Translations under genes and position numbers: made by a program
From: Rhodothermales bacterium
GTDB lineage: Bacteria > Bacteroidota > Rhodothermia > Rhodothermales > DATKEJ01
Assembly (NCBI GenBank): GCA_965250215.1
Contig: CBDFNN010000004.1
Coordinates: forward strand, 2,232,999 to 2,296,998
DNA: 64,000 bases
Direction: 5' to 3'
The notes under the pieces: model-generated
Databases searched by the model: none
Told to the model about the DNA's origin: nothing
What the model saw: only the letters and a program-made list of their open reading frames with translations
Shown here: piece by piece, positions 51,275-60,071 of the stretch
Layout: every line of letters begins with the position of its first letter
Numbering within the stretch: the first letter of the stretch is position 1

Positions 51275-52351
51275 ATGATAGATCTTTCTGCTTTAGAAGC
51301 AATTAAGGCCAAATTTGAAGATCTCAATTCCCAAATGGCTATTCCTGAGGTAGCTACTGACGTCAAGAAAATGACGGAATTGGGCCGAGAGTATTCCAAT
51401 CTGAGACCAATTGTAGCGGTGATTAAAAAGTATAAATCAGCGCTCTCCGAGATGGAGGATCTCGAAGAGATGATCTCGGCGGAGTCGGACGATGAGATTG
51501 TTGAGATGGCTCAAGAGGAGCTCAAAGAGCTTGAGTCTTCAGTTGATTCCATGCAAGACGAGCTACAAGTTCTCTTAATCCCGAAAGATCCAGCTGATTC
51601 AAAGAATGCTATTGTTGAGATTCGCGCAGGTGCCGGTGGAGATGAGGCTAGTATTTTTGCTGGCGATCTTTTTAGACTGTATCGAAAGTACGCGGATGCC
51701 AAAGGTTGGAAGGTAGATCTAATGAACAGTCACGGAGGTTCAAAGGGTGGCTTTAAAGAGATAATCATGTCGATGGAAGGGCCGGATGTCTTTGGCTCCA
51801 TGAAATTTGAGAGCGGTGTGCACCGTGTCCAACGAGTTCCAGAGACTGAATCACAGGGGCGAGTTCATACTTCAGCGGCCTCTGTAGCCGTTCTGCCAGA
51901 AGCAGAAGATGTTGAAGTCGATATTCGGGATGAGGACATCCAGGTTGATGTCTACCGATCAAGTGGTCCCGGTGGACAGTCGGTTAATACGACAGATTCA
52001 GCCGTAAGAATTACTCACCATCCAACAGGATTGGTTGTGACCTGTCAAGATGAGAAGAGTCAGATAAAGAACCGTGCAAAAGCAATGAAAGTATTACGGG
52101 CTCGTCTTTATGAGGCTGAGCGTGCAAGGGTAGATGCGGAACGTTCCGAGGAGAGAAGGGGAATGGTGGGTTCTGGAGATAGGTCAGCCAAGATTAGGAC
52201 CTATAACTATCCACAGGCACGTGTCACGGATCATCGATTGACAGGAGACAACAAAAACTTTTCGCTGCAATCCATCATGGATGGCGACCTTGATCTAGTA
52301 ATAAATCCTCTAAGGACAGAGGATAATATTAGAAAGACGGCGGAAATTTAA
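51275..52351 (+). CDS. prfA: Peptide chain release factor 1
   Basis: RF1-type recognition tripeptide PET within RVQRVPETESQGRVHTS. GGQ motif in SSGPGGQSVNTT. The reading frame is uninterrupted. Confidence 0.95.
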   Translation: MIDLSALEAIKAKFEDLNSQMAIPEVATDVKKMTELGREYSNLRPIVAVIKKYKSALSEMEDLEEMISAESDDEIVEMAQEELKELESSVDSMQDELQVLLIPKDPADSKNAIVEIRAGAGGDEASIFAGDLFRLYRKYADAKGWKVDLMNSHGGSKGGFKEIIMSMEGPDVFGSMKFESGVHRVQRVPETESQGRVHTSAASVAVLPEAEDVEVDIRDEDIQVDVYRSSGPGGQSVNTTDSAVRITHHPTGLVVTCQDEKSQIKNRAKAMKVLRARLYEAERARVDAERSEERRGMVGSGDRSAKIRTYNYPQARVTDHRLTGDNKNFSLQSIMDGDLDLVINPLRTEDNIRKTAEI

Positions 52352-52363
52352 GGAAGGTTTTGG

Positions 52364-52485
52364 GTCTTGCGTGATGAGTAAGAATTGGGGACCGGTATGA
52401 GAAGTCTGAAATTCAACGACCGAGTCCATCGGCAGGAAAAAAGGTCCGTAGAAAAACCCTTCATTCAGGACCCACCACGCAAGAC
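52364..52485. repeat. 10-bp perfect inverted repeat (GTCTTGCGTG / CACGCAAGAC) enclosing 102 nt
   Basis: The arms at 52364..52373 and 52476..52485 are exact reverse complements. Inner hairpins are GGACC/GGTCC and CCGA/TCGG. An alternative hairpin AGACG-CAAAA-CGTCT (52482..52496) overlaps the 3' arm. Confidence 0.5.
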
Positions 52486-52596
52486 GCAAAACGTCTATTC
52501 CCACTCAAGGCGCATGGCACATTACGCACACCCTCCCAATGGTTGAATACCGATAGATAGTTCCTTACCTTGAAAGGCTAACACAAAATCCCTGTT

Positions 52597-52635
52597 CGAG
52601 AGTTCGCGGAACTAACTTACCGCGGCAAAGACTCG
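52597..52635 (+). promoter_or_regulatory. Candidate rpsF leader hairpin (possible S6:S18 autoregulatory site)
   Basis: The outer stem CGAG (52597..52600) pairs with CTCG (52632..52635). The inner stem CGCGG (52605..52609) pairs with CCGCG (52620..52624). There are asymmetric internal loops. The 3' end lies 31 nt upstream of the rpsF ATG. Confidence 0.3.
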
Positions 52636-52666
52636 GACTTCAAACCTAAATGTATCCAGAGGGAAA

Positions 52667-53059
52667 ATGGCTGAAAACAGCTCTCATACCTATGAGTTGA
52701 TCTACATTCTTGATAGCGTTCTCGACGAGAAAGGCTTAAAAGACATGGTAGACCGAGTCAACAAATTCATCGGAAAGAACGACGGAAAAGTTCTTCAAGT
52801 AGATGAATGGGGAATTCGACATCTCGAGTACCCAATCAGAAAGAAGACGTCAGGTTATTTCGTCAATCTTTATTTCACTGCACCTGCCGAAATCGCAGCA
52901 CCTTTTGATCGCGCTCTTCGAATCAACGAGCACATCATGCGCTATATGGTGTTGAAGTTGGACGCAAAGATGCTTCGTCATTACGAGAAGACAAAAGGCA
53001 CTCCAGCTGCTATCGGACAAAAGTCTGAAGCCGAGGAAGCTATCGCAGGACTTAAATAA
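52667..53059 (+). CDS. rpsF: 30S ribosomal protein S6
   Basis: HTYELIYILDS, WGIRHLEYPIRKK and GYFVNLYF. Confidence 0.93.
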   Translation: MAENSSHTYELIYILDSVLDEKGLKDMVDRVNKFIGKNDGKVLQVDEWGIRHLEYPIRKKTSGYFVNLYFTAPAEIAAPFDRALRINEHIMRYMVLKLDAKMLRHYEKTKGTPAAIGQKSEAEEAIAGLK

Positions 53060-53076
53060 ATAGAGAATAGAATATC

Positions 53077-53370
53077 ATGGCACGATCAAGAGGAAGAACA
53101 AAACGAGACGAACGCCGGCCATTAGTCCGGAACGTCACTCCCGCGAGTCAAACAAAAACAAGCAGCCAATGCCCTTATAAGGCATCTGGAATTGAGTACA
53201 TCGATTATAAAGACATCGAGACTCTCAAAAAGCACGTTAACGAGCAAGGGAAAATAATCCCACGAAGAATCACGAACACTTCGGCAAAATTTCAGCGACA
53301 AATTACGCGGGCCATCAAGCGCGCGAGATTTCTTTCGCTATTGCCTTATGTAGCTGACAATCTTCGATAG
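53077..53370 (+). CDS. rpsR: 30S ribosomal protein S18
   Basis: [53 protein letters not shown]. Confidence 0.95.
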   Translation: MARSRGRTKRDERRPLVRNVTPASQTKTSSQCPYKASGIEYIDYKDIETLKKHVNEQGKIIPRRITNTSAKFQRQITRAIKRARFLSLLPYVADNLR

Positions 53371-53396
53371 ACTCTAGACCAGAAAAGAATATTATC

Positions 53397-53846
53397 ATGG
53401 AAGTAATTCTAAAGAAAGATCACCCAACTCTCGGATCAGAGGGGGCTGTGGTCAAAGTGAAGAATGGCTTTGGAAGGAATTATCTAATTCCGCAAGGTTA
53501 TGCACTTCAGGCAACAGCAGCTAATAAGAAACAGCATGAGGACTATCTGAAGCAGGTAGCTCACAAGCTAGACAAGGTTAAGGACGATGCAGCAGAGCTC
53601 GGTAAAAGGCTACAAGCCCTTGAAATCGTTATTCCTGCACGTGTTGGTGAGGAGAACAGGATCTTTGGTACCGTAACCAATCAGGATGTCGCTGACTTCT
53701 TGGCTGGAAAAGGACTTGAGATGGATCGCAGAAAGATCGAGTTGACTGAAGAAATTAAGTCACTTGGCGTTTTCCCTGCAAACATCAAATTGCACGCTGA
53801 TGTAACCGTCGAGGTAAAGGTTCAAGTCGTTCCAATGGACGACTAG
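53397..53846 (+). CDS. rplI: 50S ribosomal protein L9
   Basis: MEVILKKDHPTLGSEGAVVKVKNGFGRNYLIPQGYA. Confidence 0.95.
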   Translation: MEVILKKDHPTLGSEGAVVKVKNGFGRNYLIPQGYALQATAANKKQHEDYLKQVAHKLDKVKDDAAELGKRLQALEIVIPARVGEENRIFGTVTNQDVADFLAGKGLEMDRRKIELTEEIKSLGVFPANIKLHADVTVEVKVQVVPMDD

Positions 53847-53868
53847 GCAAGCATTTCGAAGTATATCT

Positions 53869-53907
53869 AAAAAGGACGTTCTCATATTGGGGATGTCCTT
53901 TTTCTTT
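53869..53907 (+). terminator. Intrinsic terminator after rplI, potentially bidirectional
   Basis: AAAAAGGAC (53869..53877) pairs with GTCCTTTTT (53895..53903), giving a 9-bp stem and a 17-nt loop. A T-rich tail follows. Confidence 0.6.
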
Positions 53908-54055
53908 AGCAAGTTTTTCGTCGTCATGGCAAATGGGAAACCGAGACTCGCAAAACTTGCACTTAAATCCGGATCGCTCCTAGATGGTAACAAAGGGACT
54001 TCGGTGGCAACATATCTGGTGTCTCGGTTTTAAACCAATTCCTCAACTTGGAAAC

Positions 54056-56161
54056 GTGAAAGCAGTCTTTCTCTTCTTATCGATTCTTATTTCATTTGGC
54101 TTCGCTAGCCAAAGCGGTCCCGATGATGTGACCTGGACGATCGTTGCTGATCCAGATCCAGTTCAAGCTGGGGAATCAACCATGATTCGTTTTGTGGTGG
54201 AGTTGAGCCCTGATTGGTATTTATATGCTATGGATTCCGAGGGAGGGAAGCCCCTCGAAATCGATCTCATGGAGATGTCTGATGGACTTGACCCGTCTGG
54301 AGTTTTCACTCAGTCCGAGCCCGATGTCAAATACGATGTAAACTTCGAGATGGACGTTCGGTCTTTCGAAGGAATCGCGGAGTTTGAAACTGAAGTTTTC
54401 GTCGCGCAAGAAGCGGAAGGAGAAGCCAATATAAAGGGAGAGATTAGGTATCAGTACTGCAATGCAAATATATGCATTCCAGCGAATGAAGAATTCGAAC
54501 TAAGTTTCACGATCAGTCCCAGTAATATATCGGTGGAAGTGGCTGAAGATGCTACAGAGGTGACTCCTCCTGTAAAGAAGGAGGAAGAAGTGTCGGACTC
54601 AGAGGCAGAAAAAATTCTGCCTATCGTAGCAGCCGTAGAAGAGGCAGGAGATTCGGAAAAGGAAGCCGTTCTATCTGAAACCAAAGATGTCAAGCGATCA
54701 ACCCGTCCAATGGTTGCTGTTGAAAAGAAGAGTCTTGATGCGAGTCTTGCTCCCATTGGCGTCGATGGAATTCAAAAAAGCAAAGGTCTGTGGGCATTCC
54801 TACTTCTTGCTTTCGGAGCTGGATTTGCGGCTCTTTTGACACCTTGCGTGTTTCCTATGATTCCTCTGACTATCTCCTTCTTTTCAAAGCAGTCGGGAAA
54901 TCGAGGACAGGCGGTTCGCATGTCGTTGCTCTATGGTCTATCGATAATAGTCATCTTCACAGCTTTAGGAGTCTTAATGGCTCTCTTAGTGGGAGCCGCT
55001 GGTGCACAAACAATCGCGTCCAATCCCTGGATTAATTTATTCATAGGTGTAGTATTCGTTGCCTTTGCTCTATCTCTATTAGGGATGTTCGAGCTAAGGC
55101 TTCCGAACGGGCTTTTGAATTATTTCAATCGAAAGAGTAGCGAAGGCGGCACAAGTATCGCAGGCGTTCTCTTCATGGGTACCACGCTAACACTCGTGTC
55201 ATTTTCCTGCACGGCGCCTTTTGTTGGAGCTCTTCTGGCCACTGCAGCTAGCAAAGAGTTCATCTGGCCGATTCTTGGAATGGTAGCTTTCAGTGGAGCC
55301 TTCGCTCTTCCTTTTATCTTCTTTGCCATGTTCCCAAAGTGGCTTGAATCTCTTCCGCGATCAGGTTCTTGGATGAATGTTGTCAAAGTGACTCTGGGAT
55401 TTGTCGAGCTGGCCGCGGCCTTCAAATTTTTATCAAATGCTGACCTTGTTTGGCAATGGGGATTGCTTTCAAGACCGCTTGTCATCGCGGCATGGATTGT
55501 TATTTTCGCCGTCGCTGGTATCTATTTACTTGGGAAGATTCGGATTGGTCATGAACCGCTTGTCGAGAAATTAGGAACGGGACGAATGCTGATGGGAATG
55601 TCATTTCTGGCACTTAGCCTTTATCTCATCCCAGGACTTTTGGGCGGACCGCTAAACAATTTAGATGCCTACCTACCTCCGAGACAGGCGACCGATATTG
55701 GCTTGGCTGGGATTACAGCTTTGGCCGCAGGAAGTCAGGATAGTGGTGAGCTTAATTGGCTGAGTAACAACACACTCGATCATGAAGTAGCGATGAGTGA
55801 GGCCTTCTCCAAAGCCCAGACCCAAAATAAGCCGATTTTTGTCGATTTCACGGGATACACCTGCTCTAATTGCAGACAGATGGAGTCTACTGTTTTCAGA
55901 CAAACTGGTGTGGCCCGAAGCCTGACTGACGACTTCGTACTCCTTCAGCTATATACGGATCATCCCGAAAGCGGACGCGAGCTGCAAAAATATCAGCTCC
56001 AACTTACCGGCACCGTTGCTTTACCCACCTATGCGATTCTAACGCCACAAGGGGAGCTTCTTCACCTCTGGGCAGGAATGGCGAGTAAGGACGAATTTTT
56101 GGCCTTCCTCAATACAGGGAGAGGAAGTTTCAAGACCGAATCTGTCGCTGTTGCAGATTAA
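54056..56161 (+). CDS. dsbD: Thiol:disulfide interchange protein DsbD-like (N-terminal domain, CcdA-type membrane core, C-terminal thioredoxin)
   Basis: The ORF opens at 53984. GTG 54056 gives the signal peptide VKAVFLFLSILISFGFA. The membrane core shows LTPCVFPMIPLT and SFSCTAPFVGA. The thioredoxin-like domain shows FTGYTCSNCRQME. Confidence 0.85.
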   Translation: MKAVFLFLSILISFGFASQSGPDDVTWTIVADPDPVQAGESTMIRFVVELSPDWYLYAMDSEGGKPLEIDLMEMSDGLDPSGVFTQSEPDVKYDVNFEMDVRSFEGIAEFETEVFVAQEAEGEANIKGEIRYQYCNANICIPANEEFELSFTISPSNISVEVAEDATEVTPPVKKEEEVSDSEAEKILPIVAAVEEAGDSEKEAVLSETKDVKRSTRPMVAVEKKSLDASLAPIGVDGIQKSKGLWAFLLLAFGAGFAALLTPCVFPMIPLTISFFSKQSGNRGQAVRMSLLYGLSIIVIFTALGVLMALLVGAAGAQTIASNPWINLFIGVVFVAFALSLLGMFELRLPNGLLNYFNRKSSEGGTSIAGVLFMGTTLTLVSFSCTAPFVGALLATAASKEFIWPILGMVAFSGAFALPFIFFAMFPKWLESLPRSGSWMNVVKVTLGFVELAAAFKFLSNADLVWQWGLLSRPLVIAAWIVIFAVAGIYLLGKIRIGHEPLVEKLGTGRMLMGMSFLALSLYLIPGLLGGPLNNLDAYLPPRQATDIGLAGITALAAGSQDSGELNWLSNNTLDHEVAMSEAFSKAQTQNKPIFVDFTGYTCSNCRQMESTVFRQTGVARSLTDDFVLLQLYTDHPESGRELQKYQLQLTGTVALPTYAILTPQGELLHLWAGMASKDEFLAFLNTGRGSFKTESVAVAD

Positions 56162-56946
56162 GTAGCTGTATTCGCAGCCTTTGCCGTTGGCAAGAATTCT
56201 AATCCCTTGACATTTTTGAACTCATCCAGATATTCGTCTAAAAATGAATCGCTGATAGGCTCCCAACCCTCATTGCCAAGACCATGGAGATTAAAAATAA
56301 ACCAGCCGCTTTTCTGCGTTAGAAAATCGATTGTTTCTTTTCTTAGGTTCTTTTCCATCTCGGTAAAGCGACCCATGGAACAGGTCAAGCGCTTAATGTT
56401 TTTGCTCGGCATGGCATTTACTCCATCGCCTAACAATCGATAAGCCCTGATATGGCCATCTAACCAATTTTCAAGTTCAGGGGAAGAAGCGTTGAATGGA
56501 AAATTGAAGACGGCATTTTCGGAGCGGAATCCCTCCAGATTGTCAGAAAAATAATCTAGACAGCGAGTTATCAGATCCTGAGCTTCAGTGAATGGAAGTT
56601 TGGATAAGTTTGCATGTTTGAATCCGTGAGGCATGATCTCATGCCCTCTTTTTTGCAATTCGGCCCAATCCTCAAAATCGCCAAGGAGCTCTTTTTTCAT
56701 GTACTCATCAGGCTCAACGAAATCTGCATGATGGCCGGAGGCGAGTACATTGAAGCAAGCCTCAAGTCCGTGCTGTTCATAAATATCAGCTGTCCGAAAG
56801 AATGATTTCTTAAATCCGTCATCAAAGCTCAAGGAGATGATGTGAGTTGTTTTAGTTGTCGACGTGCTCAACTTTGGCAGAGCTAGTCCTGCAGCAGCCA
56901 GGCCTAATCGCTTAATTGTTTCACGTCTATAAATGTTGAAACTCAT
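56158..56946 (-). CDS. Polysaccharide deacetylase family protein with a Tat-type signal
   Basis: Twin-arginine-like N-terminus YRRETIKRLGLAAAGLALP. NodB-like motifs LSFDDGF and MPHGFKH. Its stop codon overlaps the dsbD-like stop (TTAA). Confidence 0.7.
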   Translation of the reverse strand: MSFNIYRRETIKRLGLAAAGLALPKLSTSTTKTTHIISLSFDDGFKKSFFRTADIYEQHGLEACFNVLASGHHADFVEPDEYMKKELLGDFEDWAELQKRGHEIMPHGFKHANLSKLPFTEAQDLITRCLDYFSDNLEGFRSENAVFNFPFNASSPELENWLDGHIRAYRLLGDGVNAMPSKNIKRLTCSMGRFTEMEKNLRKETIDFLTQKSGWFIFNLHGLGNEGWEPISDSFLDEYLDEFKNVKGLEFLPTAKAANTAT

Positions 56947-57117
56947 CTATTTAAGCTGTTATCAATTGGGGATCATTGAAGTATAGTATCGAGATAATAT
57001 GTATAGAGTTGCGGTGTTAGCAAGCTGCTAATTTCGAGTGGCAAGCATATTCTGAGCATTTATTGCTGGGATAAGTTGTGCCTGATTTTGAAATGTGTCT
57101 TTATAGGGGAAACCCTC

Positions 57118-57789
57118 ATGCTCTTTCGCGACCTCACCGGTCTACTCTTTCCCTTTACATGTCTGAATTGTGGCTGCGCGATTGCTTCGTCGCCCCTACC
57201 CATATGCTTTTCGTGCTTAGGTCAATTTGAGGAGGCAGATGGTTTCGAGTTGAATCAAAAATTAAATCAATTTGAAATTCCTTGGTCAGGCTCTTTTTGC
57301 CTATGGAATTACCACACACAGGCAGCGGCAGAGTTACATCGCTTGTTGAAATATGGAGGCAAAAGTGGCTACGGTTTTCATCTCGGAAAACTGTTGGCGA
57401 CCGCGCTACTTAATCATCAAGAAGTCGATGTTGATTATATACTTCCCATGCCCCTTTCAAGGGCTAGATTTCTTGAGCGAGGTTACAACCAAGCCGAGGA
57501 AATCTGCAAGGGAATAGCGAGGGTTCTCAACATTCCAATGGACCTTGGTCTGCTCAAGAAAGGGCGTGAGACTAGGATGCAGACGGGATTAAATATTGAC
57601 GATAGGCTCGAAAACACCACGGGTGCATTTGTTGTGTCAAGTGATCTCGTCCCACAGGATCCTAAATTATTGCTGGTCGATGATGTGATAACAACCGGGG
57701 CAAGTATGGCAGGAGCTTCTCGCGCTCTAATGGATGAAGGTTATCAGAAAATCTTTGTTACCGGTCTGTGTTTTGCCGACCATTGGTGA
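57118..57789 (+). CDS. comF: ComF family protein (phosphoribosyltransferase-like, ComFC)
   Basis: I used the internal ATG at 57118 of ORF 57076..57789. N-terminal Zn-finger cysteines CLNCG..CFSC. PRTase motif LLLVDDVITTGASM. Confidence 0.85.
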   Translation: MLFRDLTGLLFPFTCLNCGCAIASSPLPICFSCLGQFEEADGFELNQKLNQFEIPWSGSFCLWNYHTQAAAELHRLLKYGGKSGYGFHLGKLLATALLNHQEVDVDYILPMPLSRARFLERGYNQAEEICKGIARVLNIPMDLGLLKKGRETRMQTGLNIDDRLENTTGAFVVSSDLVPQDPKLLLVDDVITTGASMAGASRALMDEGYQKIFVTGLCFADHW

Positions 57790-58007
57790 CAAGATTCGGC
57801 AGCTCATTCATCAAAATGAAGAGAAAATTTTCAAAGACAAAGGGTAACAAGGTCACTCCCCTAACGAGGTAGTGAATTTGCCCACACGATTCGTTCATTC
57901 AATACATCCTTCCGAAGAACGAAAGCGGCATATTCTGTGAATTGCTCAAAAGACACTTTCTGAGCGGTAACACAAATGATCCCGTTGGCTATAATGCAAG
58001 CAGCGAA

Positions 58008-60071
58008 ATGCCTAAGACAGAAGCACTAAATAGATTCATTCAAGACCCGGCGGGTTCGATGCTGCTCAAAGGTCCAGTGGGTTCTGGAAAATCAGAATAT
58101 CTGCTGAAGAGGGCCGTCCATCTGATTGAAACTGGTGTTTCTCCCAGTTCTATTTGGATACTTTGCCCATCAAGAGAAGTTGTTCTCAGATATCGCGACC
58201 AACCGGTATTCCGTGAGAGCAAAGCCCACTCAAGAATTACAACATTTTATGGAATAGCTCTTGATGCGGTCAATACATTTTGGCCTGCTATTTTCGAATC
58301 AAAGGGATTTGCAAATAAGGGCCGCCCACCCAGATTTCTCACCTACGAAACAGCTCAATACGTGCTTCTTCGATTTGTTCGTCCTCACTATGATAGAGGC
58401 GACTTTCGAGGTTTGGTTTTGAGACCGCAACAGATAGCCTCGCAGCTTTTGGACAACATGAACAAAGCTGCAATCAATCGCTATCCTCTGGATCAAGCGC
58501 TAGAAAGATTAACTCTTGCGTGGAACGGAGAGGCAGAACGTCTAGATCTTTATCGACTGGCGTCCGGCATTGTAAATCAATATAGAGAGTATTTGCTGGA
58601 GCGGAATCTTTTGGACATCTCGTTGACTCTCGATTGCTTCGGCACAGATATTCTTGGTGAGGAAGAGTTCATTGACAGGTATACTTCGAAATGCCAACAC
58701 CTCCTCGTTGACAACTTTGAAGAGAGTGTGCCCCTCTCAACGGATTTTGTTCAGCAGACAATCGGTACGAGCTTTTCTTCTCGAGTCGTATTTGACACAA
58801 ACGCGGGTTACAGGCGATTCATGGGAATTGATCAGCTTGGAGCCATCTCCGTTGCCGAAGGTCTTGATAAGACCATTGAGCTGGATGTCCCAGAGCCTCA
58901 AGAGTGGCAGACAGTCACCTTCGGTAAACAGCTTTCAGCTTCTCTTGGATTTGGAGAAGCAATCATCGACAGGGAGGCGTCTACAGCGGTAAAAGGTTTT
59001 GTCTTTGAGAGGTATCGAACAGAGATGATTGCATCGGTCGTAGCAAAGATTTCTGATCTCCTGAAACAAGGTATCAGGCCAGATGAGATAGCGCTAGTTG
59101 CACCCTATGTAGATGGTGTTTTAGAGTTCAATTTGGCACGTAGATTGGACGATGCCGAGGTTCCATTCTCGATCATACGCCGCTACGAAAAACTCAAGAA
59201 TGACCTTTTCGTTCGAGCATCGCTCAGTATAGCCCAGTTGGTCAATCCATCCTGGCAGGTCGTGCTTGATTTCTATTCTCTAAGGGAAGCGCTGGGTGTG
59301 TTCATACCTGGAATCGACACCGTTCGTGCAGAACTCCTTGCGAGAATTGCTTTGGACTCCAAGTCAAAGATCTTGAATTCAATCGATGAGTTTACAGCTG
59401 CCCAAATAGACCGAATTGGAAGTGCCAATGTGGAGGCCTATGAAAATCTTCGTGAATGGATTGATGAAGTTAAGTCTAGAAATTTAGATTCTCTGGAAGA
59501 ATTTATGAGAACGCTCTTCGGGGATCAGTTGAATCGCCATCCGGAGAGAGAGAGGATGGGAAATAAGATCAGGACGGTAATCGATTCAGCCAGAAAATTC
59601 TCTGATGTAGCAGCTTATATGGAGATCGATAAGAAAGAGCTTGGGAAAGCCTACATCGAAATGATCTATGAAGGAGTCGTTGCGTCGCCTAATCCAGAAA
59701 TTGATCGCAATATCCAGTCAGCGAATCTCCTTCTTTTCGCTCCCGTGTATTCATTTTTGTTGACAGATAAAGTCGTCAAATATCAATTTTGGCTGGATGT
59801 CGGCTCGATGGGATGGTGGGAGCCGATACACCAGTCACTGACAAATTCCCACGTACTCTCTCGGGCATGGAAGGTGGGTGAAAAGTGGACCGATGATAAA
59901 GACATAGAAAACAGGAATAATACTTTGCATCGTTTGATTACAGGTCTTTGCCGACGATGCTCGGATGGAATTTATCTCTGTGCAAGTCAAGAGGACAGCT
60001 CGGAGTCTGGCGACAATAGGCTTATGCAGTTGCTGCAAGAAAATCTGAAAGAGAGCGGATGGGTGAAATAA
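58008..60071 (+). CDS. SF1 helicase-like protein with intact Walker A but degenerate Walker B (AddB/RecC-like inactive-motor candidate, no nuclease domain)
   Basis: The ORF opens at TTG 57942, and the first ATG is 58008 (MPKTEALNRF). Walker A is LLKGPVGSGKSE. The motif II position reads HLLVDNFEES where UvrD-type helicases have DEFQD. I saw no PD-(D/E)XK motifs. The 3' end overlaps the next gene by 13 nt. Confidence 0.6.
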   Translation: MPKTEALNRFIQDPAGSMLLKGPVGSGKSEYLLKRAVHLIETGVSPSSIWILCPSREVVLRYRDQPVFRESKAHSRITTFYGIALDAVNTFWPAIFESKGFANKGRPPRFLTYETAQYVLLRFVRPHYDRGDFRGLVLRPQQIASQLLDNMNKAAINRYPLDQALERLTLAWNGEAERLDLYRLASGIVNQYREYLLERNLLDISLTLDCFGTDILGEEEFIDRYTSKCQHLLVDNFEESVPLSTDFVQQTIGTSFSSRVVFDTNAGYRRFMGIDQLGAISVAEGLDKTIELDVPEPQEWQTVTFGKQLSASLGFGEAIIDREASTAVKGFVFERYRTEMIASVVAKISDLLKQGIRPDEIALVAPYVDGVLEFNLARRLDDAEVPFSIIRRYEKLKNDLFVRASLSIAQLVNPSWQVVLDFYSLREALGVFIPGIDTVRAELLARIALDSKSKILNSIDEFTAAQIDRIGSANVEAYENLREWIDEVKSRNLDSLEEFMRTLFGDQLNRHPERERMGNKIRTVIDSARKFSDVAAYMEIDKKELGKAYIEMIYEGVVASPNPEIDRNIQSANLLLFAPVYSFLLTDKVVKYQFWLDVGSMGWWEPIHQSLTNSHVLSRAWKVGEKWTDDKDIENRNNTLHRLITGLCRRCSDGIYLCASQEDSSESGDNRLMQLLQENLKESGWVK

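Noticed and set aside
51275-52351. Checked the release-factor gene for the programmed +1 frameshift known from prfB.
   Set aside because: The protein is RF1 (PET tripeptide), not RF2. The reading frame is continuous with no internal stop.
57816-57869. A small basic ORF (MKRKFSKTKGNKVTPLTR, 17 aa) in the comF-helicase intergenic region. It superficially resembles a tiny ribosomal protein or leader peptide.
   Set aside because: It is too short and matches no ribosomal protein I know, such as L34 or L36. There is no supporting context. It can only be assessed with conservation or Ribo-seq data.
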